A DNA stretch of 64,000 nt from a virus (lineage: Duplodnaviria > Caudoviricetes). A program made the position numbers and the translations under genes. The stretch's first letter is position 1. Each line of letters begins with the position of its first letter. The stretch spans positions 1,745 through 65,744 of IMG/VR virus record IMGVR_UViG_3300024520_000066; one strand, 5' to 3'. Shown piece after piece: positions 31,729-41,349 of this stretch. Under the pieces are notes generated by a model. It was not told the origin of the DNA and ran no database searches. It saw nothing but the letters and a program-made list of their open reading frames with translations.

Positions 31729-32850
31729 TTAATATCTTTTTCCTCCAAACCAAAAGTGGCCAAGTGGATCAACTTGTATTTGAGTGACATTACTCCTTCC
31801 AGAATCATCAACCATATTTATAGCAAATCCATTTGCCCATTGTGATTTCATTGGTCTAGTAGCGTAATTAAAAGCTCTAGCATTAAAGTCTGCACAAGCT
31901 CCAATATTATATCCAGACATTTGCCCTTCTTGATAATGCTGTATTCTATGTGTATGAACATAAGCACAACTTCTTCTTAGTTTATCCAAGTGAGCTTTAG
32001 CATTGTGAACGTTAAAATATATCCCGTGAAATATATCGAAATCATTACCTATTGTAATAAAGTCATCTTTCCAACTTGTCTTAACATTATATCCTCTTTG
32101 CCATAATCTTAATCCTTCTTCTGGAGATATAAGTGGAGTTTTTGCATTATCCATTACACTCATCCATCTGTTATACCTATCCTCATGGTTTCCATACAAG
32201 TATGTCTTCCAACAATCTTTAGGTAATACGTGGTCAAAATCGTAAAGTAAATCACTACCAATTTGGTACTCATCATTTAGAGTTAATCCAGGTACTGCAG
32301 TAAATCTACCTTTATCGTGACTTGATAAAGGATTCAAATCTAAGAAATCACCTAATAAATGAAAACCTTTTATTTTATCCTTATGGTCTTTTATTAATTC
32401 AATTATCCCTCTATGTAATTGCTTATGATGAAATGGAACATGGTTACATCCTAGTAATATGTGCATTCCAACTTGATCTTTAATTTCAGGAACGTGAAAG
32501 CCTTTAACAGCTTGTTTTCTTTGTAGAATTGAATCTACTTTATCTTCTTCTGAAATAGGCACTTCTAAGCCTTTTAATCCTAGTTGCTTGGCTATCTCAT
32601 TAAATTTCTCTAAAAGTTCAGGAGTGACTTTGATTTTAGGCTCAACTATCTTTATTTCCTTTCCTTTTACTTCTTCGTTTAAAAGATTTTTAAATTCTTT
32701 TTTTACTTCCTTTTTTGCAACCTTGATTGCATTTAAATCTAATTTTTGATTATACAGTCCATAAAGGATTGTTTGAATTTTTAAGTTCCCACATTTTAAA
32801 TATCCAGGGCGTTTTCTTAAAAATTCTTTTACAATTTCTAAATCTCTCAT
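31729..32850 (-). CDS. calcineurin-like metallophosphoesterase
   Basis: Motifs GDFLD, GNHEDR, FHG, HTHR; first motif is atypical (GCNH). Confidence 0.8.
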   Translation of the reverse strand: MRDLEIVKEFLRKRPGYLKCGNLKIQTILYGLYNQKLDLNAIKVAKKEVKKEFKNLLNEEVKGKEIKIVEPKIKVTPELLEKFNEIAKQLGLKGLEVPISEEDKVDSILQRKQAVKGFHVPEIKDQVGMHILLGCNHVPFHHKQLHRGIIELIKDHKDKIKGFHLLGDFLDLNPLSSHDKGRFTAVPGLTLNDEYQIGSDLLYDFDHVLPKDCWKTYLYGNHEDRYNRWMSVMDNAKTPLISPEEGLRLWQRGYNVKTSWKDDFITIGNDFDIFHGIYFNVHNAKAHLDKLRRSCAYVHTHRIQHYQEGQMSGYNIGACADFNARAFNYATRPMKSQWANGFAINMVDDSGRSNVTQIQVDPLGHFWFGGKRY

Positions 32851-32885
32851 TAAGTCTTTTTAAAGTTAAAAATATATCTCAAAAG

Positions 32886-32916
32886 CAAATATAATGAAAA
32901 TATAAATACTAGTCAA
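32886..32916 (-). promoter_or_regulatory. Bacteroidetes primary-sigma promoter
   Basis: TTG-N20-TATATTTG, same architecture as 25725-25755. Confidence 0.7.
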
Positions 32917-32943
32917 GTATTTCTATCACTATTTTTTGATACA

Positions 32944-33330
32944 CTAGCAAAAAAGTTGCGAGTGAAAATGCGTAATCACCTCAGTATCAATCAACGTGCC
33001 TCCTTGAGAATCGTATAAATTAATAGTTAGCGTTGATGTTTGAGTGTTTAAAGTTGCATTTGGAGATATATATCCATGAAATTCAACAATCCATTCTGTT
33101 TCTGTAGGATTAATTGATTCTTCATAAACAAAAGGCCCTGTTGGACTTGTCTTAAATATTGTCATTTCAGGTTGAGCCGATGCAACAAATTCAATCCATG
33201 CAGTTACACTAACCTTAGCTCCAATAAAATATCTTTTAAAACAGTTTGTGTTTGTAAGTTCTGAAGAACTAACTCTTCCTAATGTATATTCATTAGGTTT
33301 TCTCAATATAGTTATACCTATTTGTCCCAT
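32944..33330 (-). CDS. hypothetical beta-rich virion protein
   Basis: 128-aa ORF in the structural operon. Confidence 0.55.
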   Translation of the reverse strand: MGQIGITILRKPNEYTLGRVSSSELTNTNCFKRYFIGAKVSVTAWIEFVASAQPEMTIFKTSPTGPFVYEESINPTETEWIVEFHGYISPNATLNTQTSTLTINLYDSQGGTLIDTEVITHFHSQLFC

Positions 33331-33331
33331 A

Positions 33332-34057
33332 TTATGTAGAGTGTTGTCCAGAACCTGAATCTGCTACTGAAAAAGTAAACGACAGGGACTGTAATGTTTC
33401 TATTAATAAATTTGGCTCATATACTAAATATCCTGCAGCAATTTCTGATACTGTCATCTCTTGATTAACAAGAACATTTACACCATTAAACTTTAATAAT
33501 CCATTTGCAGGTAAAGTAAGTATTTTTATTTTTGACGCAGGATCTCCTTCAGGGTCATTATATGCTGGTGTAGTACCAGTGGTGAAATCTGCAACTGTGA
33601 ATACTTTAGTGTCTCCATGGTTTAATACAAATGCATTATCACCTACAACGTCTGGAGGTAAATTTACTGCTACAGCAACAACCATATTAATAAGTCCAGA
33701 GCTTAATCCACTTAATGAATTAGATCCTGCATCTGCAACGTCAAATTGAAATGAAAAACTTCCAGATCCATTTGAAATATATGTAAAGTTGTTTGTTGTA
33801 ATATTAGCTACAGTAATTATTTGATTAAGTGTAACATCAACTCCATTGACCTGCAATGTCCCAGTTGAAGGCAATGATAATATCTTTATAAAAGATAGAG
33901 CATCATCTTCAGGGTCTGAATACACTGGTGTTGTTTCAGTCGTAAAATTTGCTACTGTAAAAGTATAAGTAGCTCCGAAAGCTATATTTATCGTATTAGC
34001 TCCAATTTGAGTGGGCCTCCCATTTTGAAGCCCACTATTGGTTATTGTGTATAACAT
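33332..34057 (-). CDS. virion protein with two cadherin/Ig-like repeats
   Basis: Internal duplication FTVA(N/D)FT..TTP.Y.DPE.D...IKIL.LP..G.L..NGV. Confidence 0.65.
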   Translation of the reverse strand: MLYTITNSGLQNGRPTQIGANTINIAFGATYTFTVANFTTETTPVYSDPEDDALSFIKILSLPSTGTLQVNGVDVTLNQIITVANITTNNFTYISNGSGSFSFQFDVADAGSNSLSGLSSGLINMVVAVAVNLPPDVVGDNAFVLNHGDTKVFTVADFTTGTTPAYNDPEGDPASKIKILTLPANGLLKFNGVNVLVNQEMTVSEIAAGYLVYEPNLLIETLQSLSFTFSVADSGSGQHST

Positions 34058-34103
34058 ATATGTTCATTATTTTTATTTGTTCAGTGACACTGAACAATAG
34101 TTA

Positions 34104-35063
34104 TTATTGAACCCAAATCATTGATCCAGTATCTCGAACACTCGCATTAAAGGAGTCAGTTGTAATTCCATTTGCATCTGCTGCTATATGGTAGAACGCT
34201 CCATCTGCTAATTCTGACGCTGTAATTACTTGCCCCTCTATTACTGGAGATCCAAGATAATAATACACACCAGTATTTGCTGTTGATACCTCGTCTATTC
34301 TTATTGCGTCCAAATCATTTGCTTCTGGATCAAAATAAGGTGCTATTGTTTGAGTTGTAAAGTCTGCTACTGTAAATATTGTAACAGCTCTGTTACCTGC
34401 ATATTGCGCTCTATCTCCCACTGTTGCTGGTTCATTTGATTGTACTAAAGCAGTTACAGTTATAGTCATTACCGCAGTATTAGATTCTAATGGTAATTGT
34501 GTATCTGTATCAAATACAGCCCAAGAGAATGTATCTCCATAACCACCTGTACCACTTCTAGTGTATGTTAATAATGTAGGGTTAGCATATAAAGTATCCA
34601 CAACTGCATTTATTCCATTATACTTAAGAGTACCTGTTGCAGGAAGAGTTTTTATTACAAAATTCCCTGCAGGAGTAAGTTCAGTATCAGTATATCCATT
34701 ATAGATATTTACCGTCGTAAATGTATAAACTGAAGTTGTGTCATCTAATGTAACGCTAGTTCCTGTTATTGTTGGAGGATTGTTTTCTCCTTGACCTATA
34801 ATTATGATAGGCACTGTTATAGAGCTGTCAACATAAGCCTGTACTGCGTTTATCTCAAGACATATATGAGGACTTGTTCTTTGTAATTCAGCAACCATAA
34901 CATCTAATCTTTTAAGGACAGAGTATTGTGTAGAATAACAAGCGTACTTATATATTAGCTTCAGAAGATTAACCTGGCTTAAATCAACATCACCATACAT
35001 TTCAAGTTTTTTTGAAATGCTGTTTACTGCCGACACAAATATTCTTGCATTTTTATCTTCCAT
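34104..35063 (-). CDS. virion/tail-hub-like protein with cadherin/Ig-like repeats
   Basis: Shares the FTVADFT...PYFDPEAND repeat with the downstream gene. Confidence 0.6.
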   Translation of the reverse strand: MEDKNARIFVSAVNSISKKLEMYGDVDLSQVNLLKLIYKYACYSTQYSVLKRLDVMVAELQRTSPHICLEINAVQAYVDSSITVPIIIIGQGENNPPTITGTSVTLDDTTSVYTFTTVNIYNGYTDTELTPAGNFVIKTLPATGTLKYNGINAVVDTLYANPTLLTYTRSGTGGYGDTFSWAVFDTDTQLPLESNTAVMTITVTALVQSNEPATVGDRAQYAGNRAVTIFTVADFTTQTIAPYFDPEANDLDAIRIDEVSTANTGVYYYLGSPVIEGQVITASELADGAFYHIAADANGITTDSFNASVRDTGSMIWVQ

Positions 35064-35641
35064 TATACAACTGTTAATTGGCAGTCAATAACTCCAACAG
35101 AAACTATGTTACCTGCAGTTGAAACTACTGGCTCTATATTTTTACATGAGTCACAATCAGATGTCTCAACTGTTATTATTAACTTGCTTAAGTTAGATAT
35201 AGCATCCTGGTATCTTCCCAGAATAAGTGAATTTTTTGTTGCTTCAAGATACAAGTCAAATAACAATGCATTTTGAAAATTAGTATTACAATTCAAACAT
35301 GATAAATCAACATTTGCTATCAGTTTTGCTTGAATTATATAGTATTGTGTTAAATTTACAGTGGCCACAACAGCAGCTTCAGGCTCACTAGTTGTTATCT
35401 GTAAAAAGTATATCCCAGAAAAGGAAGTGACACCAGCATCAGACGCTGTAATTGTGATACTTTCTACTTCGCTTGTTCCAGCAAGTAATGCTGATAAATC
35501 AACCGAACTAGATGGGTCTTTATAAGTTTCATCAGTCCATAGCAATAATTGTGTAACAGTCTGTCCGATAGTTACGTTAACGTCTAAATCTATCGTCAAT
35601 AGATTATTTGCTACTAAAAATTTTGTTACATTTATAGCCAT
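35063..35641 (-). CDS. putative tail hub/fibre-attachment protein
   Basis: 192 aa with CxxC-like pairs; crAss synteny after the auxiliary capsid gene. Confidence 0.5.
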   Translation of the reverse strand: MAINVTKFLVANNLLTIDLDVNVTIGQTVTQLLLWTDETYKDPSSSVDLSALLAGTSEVESITITASDAGVTSFSGIYFLQITTSEPEAAVVATVNLTQYYIIQAKLIANVDLSCLNCNTNFQNALLFDLYLEATKNSLILGRYQDAISNLSKLIITVETSDCDSCKNIEPVVSTAGNIVSVGVIDCQLTVV

Positions 35642-35668
35642 TGCTTTTTTTGTAATTTTTAAGTTAAT

Positions 35669-35706
35669 AAAAAAGGGACTGGGAAATAAGATTCTCCAGT
35701 CCCTTT
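35669..35706 (-). terminator. intrinsic terminator
   Basis: Minus strand AAAGGGACTGG...CCAGTCCC-TTTTTT. Confidence 0.8.
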
Positions 35707-35727
35707 GCTTCTAAATTATATAGACTA

Positions 35728-36702
35728 CTATACTGCTTTAATAACAGCTACAGTTCCTGCGCCTAATATAGTGTTTAAATCTCCAATAACGCCATTAACA
35801 TTAGCATTTGGTACTGCTGCAGTTGGAAGAGCAATTGTTAAAGATTTTTTAGACTTTTTAGCCTCATCTCTTCCTTCATCGAAATAAGAGATTTCTATAA
35901 TGTCATAAGTTCCATCTTTAGTTGCAGCTAAACCTGGGCCAACAATGTTGTGAGGATATCCAGACTCTCTGTAAGTATCGCCTCTTTCTCCTAATAAGAA
36001 GAATTCCATTTCCATAACTTGGTATCCAGTTCCAACACCAGCACTGAATGCTTGAGTTACTGTTACAACTGGGTAAGTAACACAAGAGATATCAACAGAG
36101 AAATCATCATAAACTTTGATTTTTTTGTTTCCATCAAATCCATTAGCATCTAATTTACCAGTTACCACTAAAGCAGCACTTGCTCCAGTTCCTGTTTTTG
36201 TGAAAGTAAAACTACGGTTAGCTGTTGCAGTTGCTCCAACTTCACGAGAGAAATTACGATTTAATGACGCAATAAGTCCATCAACGATAGCTTCTTGATC
36301 GTCACCAGCAGAAGCTTTGTAGTATCCTTGTTTAAGGTAAGTATCTTCTGGAGACAAAGAACCATGTCCTTGAATCTCAATATTTACAGTGTAAAGACTG
36401 TTAGTATCCACAGTTAAAGCAGAAATAGTAACTGCTTTTGGAGTTGCGGCAGTATAAGCTACAGAATGAACATCTAATACATTACCAGGTTTGATGGTAT
36501 CACTAGAGGTAATGTTTCCTAGTGCATCCTTTACGTAAAGTTTAAAAGCTTTTCCAGCAGCAACAGCAGCTCCATCGGCTCCTAAAAGAACCATATCGTT
36601 TGCTACTCCTGCAGATTTCAAAGTTGCTAAATTTGTTACTGTTGCAGCAGGTGCATTACCTACGTACATGTGTCTAACTTGGTTTTGACCAGCTAATCCC
36701 AT
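35728..36702 (-). CDS. auxiliary capsid protein (crAss-like)
   Basis: 324 aa, N-terminal QNQVRHMYV, third gene after the MCP, followed by a terminator. Confidence 0.65.
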   Translation of the reverse strand: MGLAGQNQVRHMYVGNAPAATVTNLATLKSAGVANDMVLLGADGAAVAAGKAFKLYVKDALGNITSSDTIKPGNVLDVHSVAYTAATPKAVTISALTVDTNSLYTVNIEIQGHGSLSPEDTYLKQGYYKASAGDDQEAIVDGLIASLNRNFSREVGATATANRSFTFTKTGTGASAALVVTGKLDANGFDGNKKIKVYDDFSVDISCVTYPVVTVTQAFSAGVGTGYQVMEMEFFLLGERGDTYRESGYPHNIVGPGLAATKDGTYDIIEISYFDEGRDEAKKSKKSLTIALPTAAVPNANVNGVIGDLNTILGAGTVAVIKAV

Positions 36703-36731
36703 AATAAAATTGTTTTTTAATTAAAATAAAT

Positions 36732-36779
36732 TTTTAGATACTTTATCTGTTTTCAAATGTAAGGATAAAGTATCTAAAA
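36732..36779. repeat. perfect 16-bp inverted repeat enclosing a -7 promoter-like element
   Basis: TTTTAGATACTTTATC-N16-GATAAAGTATCTAAAA; loop holds TACATTTG on the minus strand. Confidence 0.8.
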
Positions 36780-36805
36780 TCCTAACATTTATTATTTTTT
36801 TTTTT

Positions 36806-37546
36806 TTAAACCCTAGAATCAAGCGTCATTCTTGCTTGTAATGTTCCGTCTCTATAATCTAAGACTGCATTCTCTACGGCTATATTAATTATATCTCTAT
36901 GCGCTAATTCTGCTAATTTACATGTAGCTTGAGCTGTTTTACCTTGAATTGATAATCCAAGTCCTGCTACATCACTTGTCAATGTAAGATCTCCAACTAT
37001 AATTGGAGAAGGATACGCAATGTACCTTAAATTATATCGTGAAAGATTCTCTTCTGAGACTATTTCCACGGTAGTTTTTGAATTCTGTTTAGAAAGATCC
37101 ACTCGCCAAGCTTTATTTTTATTAGGCTTCCTAAATGGGTTTCTATAACTTATCATGAACTCATCATGTGTAGTTGGGATAACCGGAATTACTTTCCCGT
37201 GTATTGCCAGATTAGTCGGATTGTTTATTGTTGCAGTCTCTAATACAATATACATTGCAGTAGTACTGATTTCAAAAAACTTAGATTCACTCACAAGCCC
37301 TCTAGTTGAGCTGACTTGTGAGGTTATCTTTTCATCCTTTACTAATTCGTTAAGTACCCTTCTTGCTTTCTCATTAAGTTCAAAAGAAGAAGTTGGATCC
37401 TTGGTGGCATCATACATGTTCTTAACATATTGCTCTTGAGCAATCGTAAGATACGAACTAATTTCAAATGTATCTAATCCTGGCGCTCCTTCAAGAGCGT
37501 TATTGTATCTTAGATTAAACTCTTCTTTTAGTTCTGATGCAGTCAT
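36806..37546 (-). CDS. tail ring protein (crAss-like)
   Basis: EFNLRYNN...APGLDTFEISSYLTIAQEQYV N-terminus; second gene after the MCP. Confidence 0.7.
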   Translation of the reverse strand: MTASELKEEFNLRYNNALEGAPGLDTFEISSYLTIAQEQYVKNMYDATKDPTSSFELNEKARRVLNELVKDEKITSQVSSTRGLVSESKFFEISTTAMYIVLETATINNPTNLAIHGKVIPVIPTTHDEFMISYRNPFRKPNKNKAWRVDLSKQNSKTTVEIVSEENLSRYNLRYIAYPSPIIVGDLTLTSDVAGLGLSIQGKTAQATCKLAELAHRDIINIAVENAVLDYRDGTLQARMTLDSRV

Positions 37547-37550
37547 TATC

Positions 37551-38465
37551 CTACTTTAAATTATGTTTAAGCTTTGCTTCTAGTGCTAATCTCATTTCCT
37601 GACCCAAGTTTGATGCTAAATATTCAGCAGCTACTTGTAAATATGGTGCATCACCATCAGAAATAGGTTCATCATCTAAAGTGTAAAACTTTTTATCTAC
37701 TTTATTTACTGCTCCAAATTCATAACAAGTCTCTAATAACACTTTAGTTTTTAAATACTCATCACCCATTATAGAACATAGTAAGCTTGGATTCTTTTCA
37801 AGCTCTTTATGTAATTCAGATTGCAAGAAGTCAAGTTTGTGAGATCTGTTTGTATTTCTACCTAAGTTTCTCAAAGCGTATCTTAATACTTCTTTGTCAT
37901 CCTCATACTTAACATACAACTTGTATGCTTGTACTTTGTTACCAACTTTATCAATTTCTTTGGCCATTTCCTCAGAAGATGAAGTTAGTACCCATCTATT
38001 TGTGGCTCTATGTTTGATTTCATCAAGACTATTTGCCACGATAGGACAAGCCATCAATACCTTAATTTTAATGTAGTCGTAAGGATCTGACATATCTAGC
38101 CTTAATTCATCCTTACCAAGATAGATAGGAAGAATGCCCATTTCATAAGCTCCTCCACTTTCTTTCCAGAACGGGCCGTATATTGATAAGTCAACACCTC
38201 TTAAGATGCTTTCTAATCCAGCCTTCTCTACATTAGTTAAAAGATTTTTCATCTTTCCATTGTCCATTGTTGGTGCTGGTATTGCAACTTCTGCTCCATT
38301 CAGCAACCCACCATAGGCAACGTGTTTTATATCTTTAATCCCGTTTCTTTCGTTAGGGATATACTTTACTGACACAATTTTGTCAACTAAGAAGTCAGTA
38401 CGAACTACTTCTTTTTTTTCTTCTAGCACAACATCTTGTGCTACATTTTTTTTAGCTACTGCCAT
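37551..38465 (-). CDS. conserved crAss-like protein following the MCP
   Basis: 304 aa, LDMSDPYDYIKIKVL segment; synteny. Confidence 0.6.
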   Translation of the reverse strand: MAVAKKNVAQDVVLEEKKEVVRTDFLVDKIVSVKYIPNERNGIKDIKHVAYGGLLNGAEVAIPAPTMDNGKMKNLLTNVEKAGLESILRGVDLSIYGPFWKESGGAYEMGILPIYLGKDELRLDMSDPYDYIKIKVLMACPIVANSLDEIKHRATNRWVLTSSSEEMAKEIDKVGNKVQAYKLYVKYEDDKEVLRYALRNLGRNTNRSHKLDFLQSELHKELEKNPSLLCSIMGDEYLKTKVLLETCYEFGAVNKVDKKFYTLDDEPISDGDAPYLQVAAEYLASNLGQEMRLALEAKLKHNLK

Positions 38466-38548
38466 TTTTAAACTATTTTTAATGATTCTTCCTTCCTTAT
38501 CTTCGGGGGTTTTATGAAGAACTCCCCAAAACTTTATTTTTAAAATAC

Positions 38549-38575
38549 TTACCCTCGTCGAACAAACGAGGGTAA
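38549..38575 (-). terminator. hairpin downstream of the crAss-like MCP
   Basis: TTACCCTCGT-N7-ACGAGGGTAA. Confidence 0.6.
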
Positions 38576-38588
38576 ATAAGTCACTATA

Positions 38589-40088
38589 TTACGCTAATAC
38601 GTAAGGGATAATTGATGCAGTACGAGATGGGTCATAAACCACTACTCCTAATTGACACCATTTGGTGATAGTACCACTATCTTCCAAAGTTCCCATATTC
38701 TCATTGTTGATAGCACCTGTGAAAGGATTTCTGAAACCATATTGGTATCCACGAATCTCTTCAGCACCTTTAACTTGCACTTTTTGTATGTTTGGCTCTT
38801 CTGGAGTTCCAACATAGAAAATATCAAATCTGTAAGACTCAGCAACACCACTAGATCCAGGGATTTTGATAGTGTTACGGATTTTGTCATCATAGAAGTC
38901 ATCAACTTCTAATTTAACAGTTACTCCGTTTGGAGCCATATACTCTGTAAACTGGAATCCAGCAGCCATTGCATTTGAATGCAATTCAGAGTTAGTGTTC
39001 TTAATTGTAGCTGGGTTAGTTCCAGGAGTTGACACATTTGCAGACCAACCTGAAGTTGTAGATAATACAGCTTTGTGGAACTCAGCAGCTCCTCTTTCAC
39101 CTGTACGCAAGATAAATACTCGGTTGTTGAAACCTAATTTACCTTCTGACAATCCGAAAAGGATTTCTTCTAATAGCTCAATAGAGAACTCATTGTAGAA
39201 GTAAGTGTTAGACTGCTCCATTTGCTCACGGATACCAGAACCAATTTTAATGCTTCGTCCAGAAACATCTTTGTTGTGGTATTGACCATCAGCAGTACGG
39301 TTAGTTTTACCATACATTAAGAACTTGTTTTTGTAAAGAGAAAATTCTTGCTCTACTAACCAGTCTTCGTATAATGCTAAAGCACCAAATACTTTTTTGT
39401 TACCATCTTTATCGACAACAGGAATACCCATTACAACTTTCTTGTTGGTAGCATCACCAGGTAATTTGTGGTCGATACGAATAGTAGTCAACTCACCTCT
39501 CATAGAAACTGGAGTTACTCTACGAACACCACCAACTTCTCTAGAAAGACCTTTACCTACAGGAGCAAACTCTTCACTGAATCTTTTTCCAGCTACTAAT
39601 TCAGAACCAGGAATACCTGATCTATCTGAACCTGCAATCTCTGCAGTGTGAACCCACTGAGATCCTGATGGATAACCATCATCCAATAATCTAATTGGAT
39701 ATACTTCATTTTTCTCACCTACGATGATTTCGCCTTTGAAGAACCATTGCTCACCAAAAGTTACTTGAAATTCTTGACCACCTTCACCGATGTTATTGTC
39801 ACTACCTGTAACAGTTGAACCTTTGAAAGAAGCTTCCACTAAAGGAATGTTTCTGCGCGAACTACCAATAAGTTCCCAATAGAACTCATTATCGTTGTCC
39901 ACCATTTTTGTCTCAAATTTAGCCAACATATTCTCCAAAGATTTACCTCTGTTGATGGCTAACAATTTGATCATAGCATCATTAATCTTTGTTGGAGATG
40001 TCTTCCAGATAGCACCTAGAGTGTTCTCAGGATTAATCATACCAGCAAAGGCTTTTGCGTCAGTTACTTGGAACCTACCTAATTGCAT
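38589..40088 (-). CDS. major capsid protein, crAss-like type
   Basis: 499 aa; WELIGSSRRNIPL, IKIGSGIREQM, LRTGERGAAEFHKA, FTEYMAPNGVTV segments typical of crAss-like MCPs; synteny. Confidence 0.85.
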   Translation of the reverse strand: MQLGRFQVTDAKAFAGMINPENTLGAIWKTSPTKINDAMIKLLAINRGKSLENMLAKFETKMVDNDNEFYWELIGSSRRNIPLVEASFKGSTVTGSDNNIGEGGQEFQVTFGEQWFFKGEIIVGEKNEVYPIRLLDDGYPSGSQWVHTAEIAGSDRSGIPGSELVAGKRFSEEFAPVGKGLSREVGGVRRVTPVSMRGELTTIRIDHKLPGDATNKKVVMGIPVVDKDGNKKVFGALALYEDWLVEQEFSLYKNKFLMYGKTNRTADGQYHNKDVSGRSIKIGSGIREQMEQSNTYFYNEFSIELLEEILFGLSEGKLGFNNRVFILRTGERGAAEFHKAVLSTTSGWSANVSTPGTNPATIKNTNSELHSNAMAAGFQFTEYMAPNGVTVKLEVDDFYDDKIRNTIKIPGSSGVAESYRFDIFYVGTPEEPNIQKVQVKGAEEIRGYQYGFRNPFTGAINNENMGTLEDSGTITKWCQLGVVVYDPSRTASIIPYVLA

Positions 40089-40141
40089 AATTTTTAATTG
40101 TTTTGTGTGTCCTTTTTACTGACACAAAGTTAATAAAGTTG

Positions 40142-41263
40142 TTATTCTATTTCAAAATCCTTGAGATCTGACAACTTAAAATTAGAGTTGGTATCTTGAC
40201 TACTTGTGTCAACAGTTCCAGACTCTGTAAAGTTAGCACCTCTCAGTAAATTTTCTATGTTATTAGTGATCTTACTTTCAGCTCTACTTCCAAATACGCT
40301 GAAATCTTTAAGACCCTTAGTTAAGTAAAATAAAGCCTCCAATTTAATTCTAGATCCAATTGGGTCTGCCTTTTGTGCTTTTATAAAGGCATTCTCTTTA
40401 TTTCCTAAATCCGTAGTAATTTGTTTGTATAACTCATCTTTTTGAGAATCTGTTAATTCAATACTAGGGATTATTTCAGGAGTAGTAGAAATGAAGTTCT
40501 TAATATCATCAATACTTTTCTTCTCCTTATTTTTAGCTTCGTCTATGATTGCTTTCAATCTAGCTTCTTCTGATTTAATAAGACTATCTAATGCAAATTC
40601 AGCATCTTCAATATCTGTACCAGCATCTACGCTTCGTTGAGCCATAGCCTCAGCTCTTTCTTTATTGTATCCTTTTTCAAGGAAATCCTGTGCAATTGCA
40701 GTTAACCTGAATTTCACATTCTTTTCATCTTTGATAAACTCAGGCGTTACAGATTTAAGTTTATCAATAGTGTTTACTTTTTCAGCAACCTCAGCAACTG
40801 GCGCACCAGATTGTTGAGCTTCTTCAATTAATTTCTGTCTTTCAGTTAATTGTGAATCAACTTGCTTTTTAATTGCTGCATTAAGATCCTCAAGTGAACG
40901 GATCGTTGTTACATCATCAAGTTCAGGTAAAACTCCTTTGGCTTTAAACTCGGCAGCTAGTTTAGAATAAAGCTGTTCAGTCTCATTCAGTTTAGGAGAG
41001 GAAGAATCACTGCCTTCTTTTCCATCAGCAGTTTTACCTGCCTGAACTTGATTTTTATCCTTATTCTGATTAGCTACGCTCTCTTGATCCTCTTTTTTGG
41101 AATCATCACCATCAGTAATTTTTTTGTCGTTTGCATCATCAGATGCTGAAGGAGTACCTTCTTTTTCAGCCTTCTCTTCTGGTTTCTCAATATCAACACC
41201 TTCATCAAAAAGATCAAGGGACGATGTGTCAAAATCCAAATCAGCTAGATTTAATTCTTCCAT
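40142..41263 (-). CDS. acidic scaffold-like protein upstream of the MCP
   Basis: 373 aa, acidic disordered N-terminus then helical; position. Confidence 0.6.
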   Translation of the reverse strand: MEELNLADLDFDTSSLDLFDEGVDIEKPEEKAEKEGTPSASDDANDKKITDGDDSKKEDQESVANQNKDKNQVQAGKTADGKEGSDSSSPKLNETEQLYSKLAAEFKAKGVLPELDDVTTIRSLEDLNAAIKKQVDSQLTERQKLIEEAQQSGAPVAEVAEKVNTIDKLKSVTPEFIKDEKNVKFRLTAIAQDFLEKGYNKERAEAMAQRSVDAGTDIEDAEFALDSLIKSEEARLKAIIDEAKNKEKKSIDDIKNFISTTPEIIPSIELTDSQKDELYKQITTDLGNKENAFIKAQKADPIGSRIKLEALFYLTKGLKDFSVFGSRAESKITNNIENLLRGANFTESGTVDTSSQDTNSNFKLSDLKDFEIE

Positions 41264-41292
41264 TGTTAAATAATTTTAATTCTCCTATCTTA

Positions 41293-41323
41293 CAAATCTA
41301 CGGAATTACCGCAAAAAAGTCCA
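41293..41323 (-). promoter_or_regulatory. putative promoter of the capsid operon
   Basis: TGG-N20-TAGATTTG (TAnnTTTG). Confidence 0.55.
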
Positions 41324-41349
41324 TTTAGTATTATAGCTAAAGAATGTAT

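Noticed and set aside
3991-41263. Stop-codon reassignment as in some gut crAss-like phages
   Set aside because: Genes up to 6.4 kb are intact in the standard code, TAG ends several genes, and I saw no suppressor tRNA.
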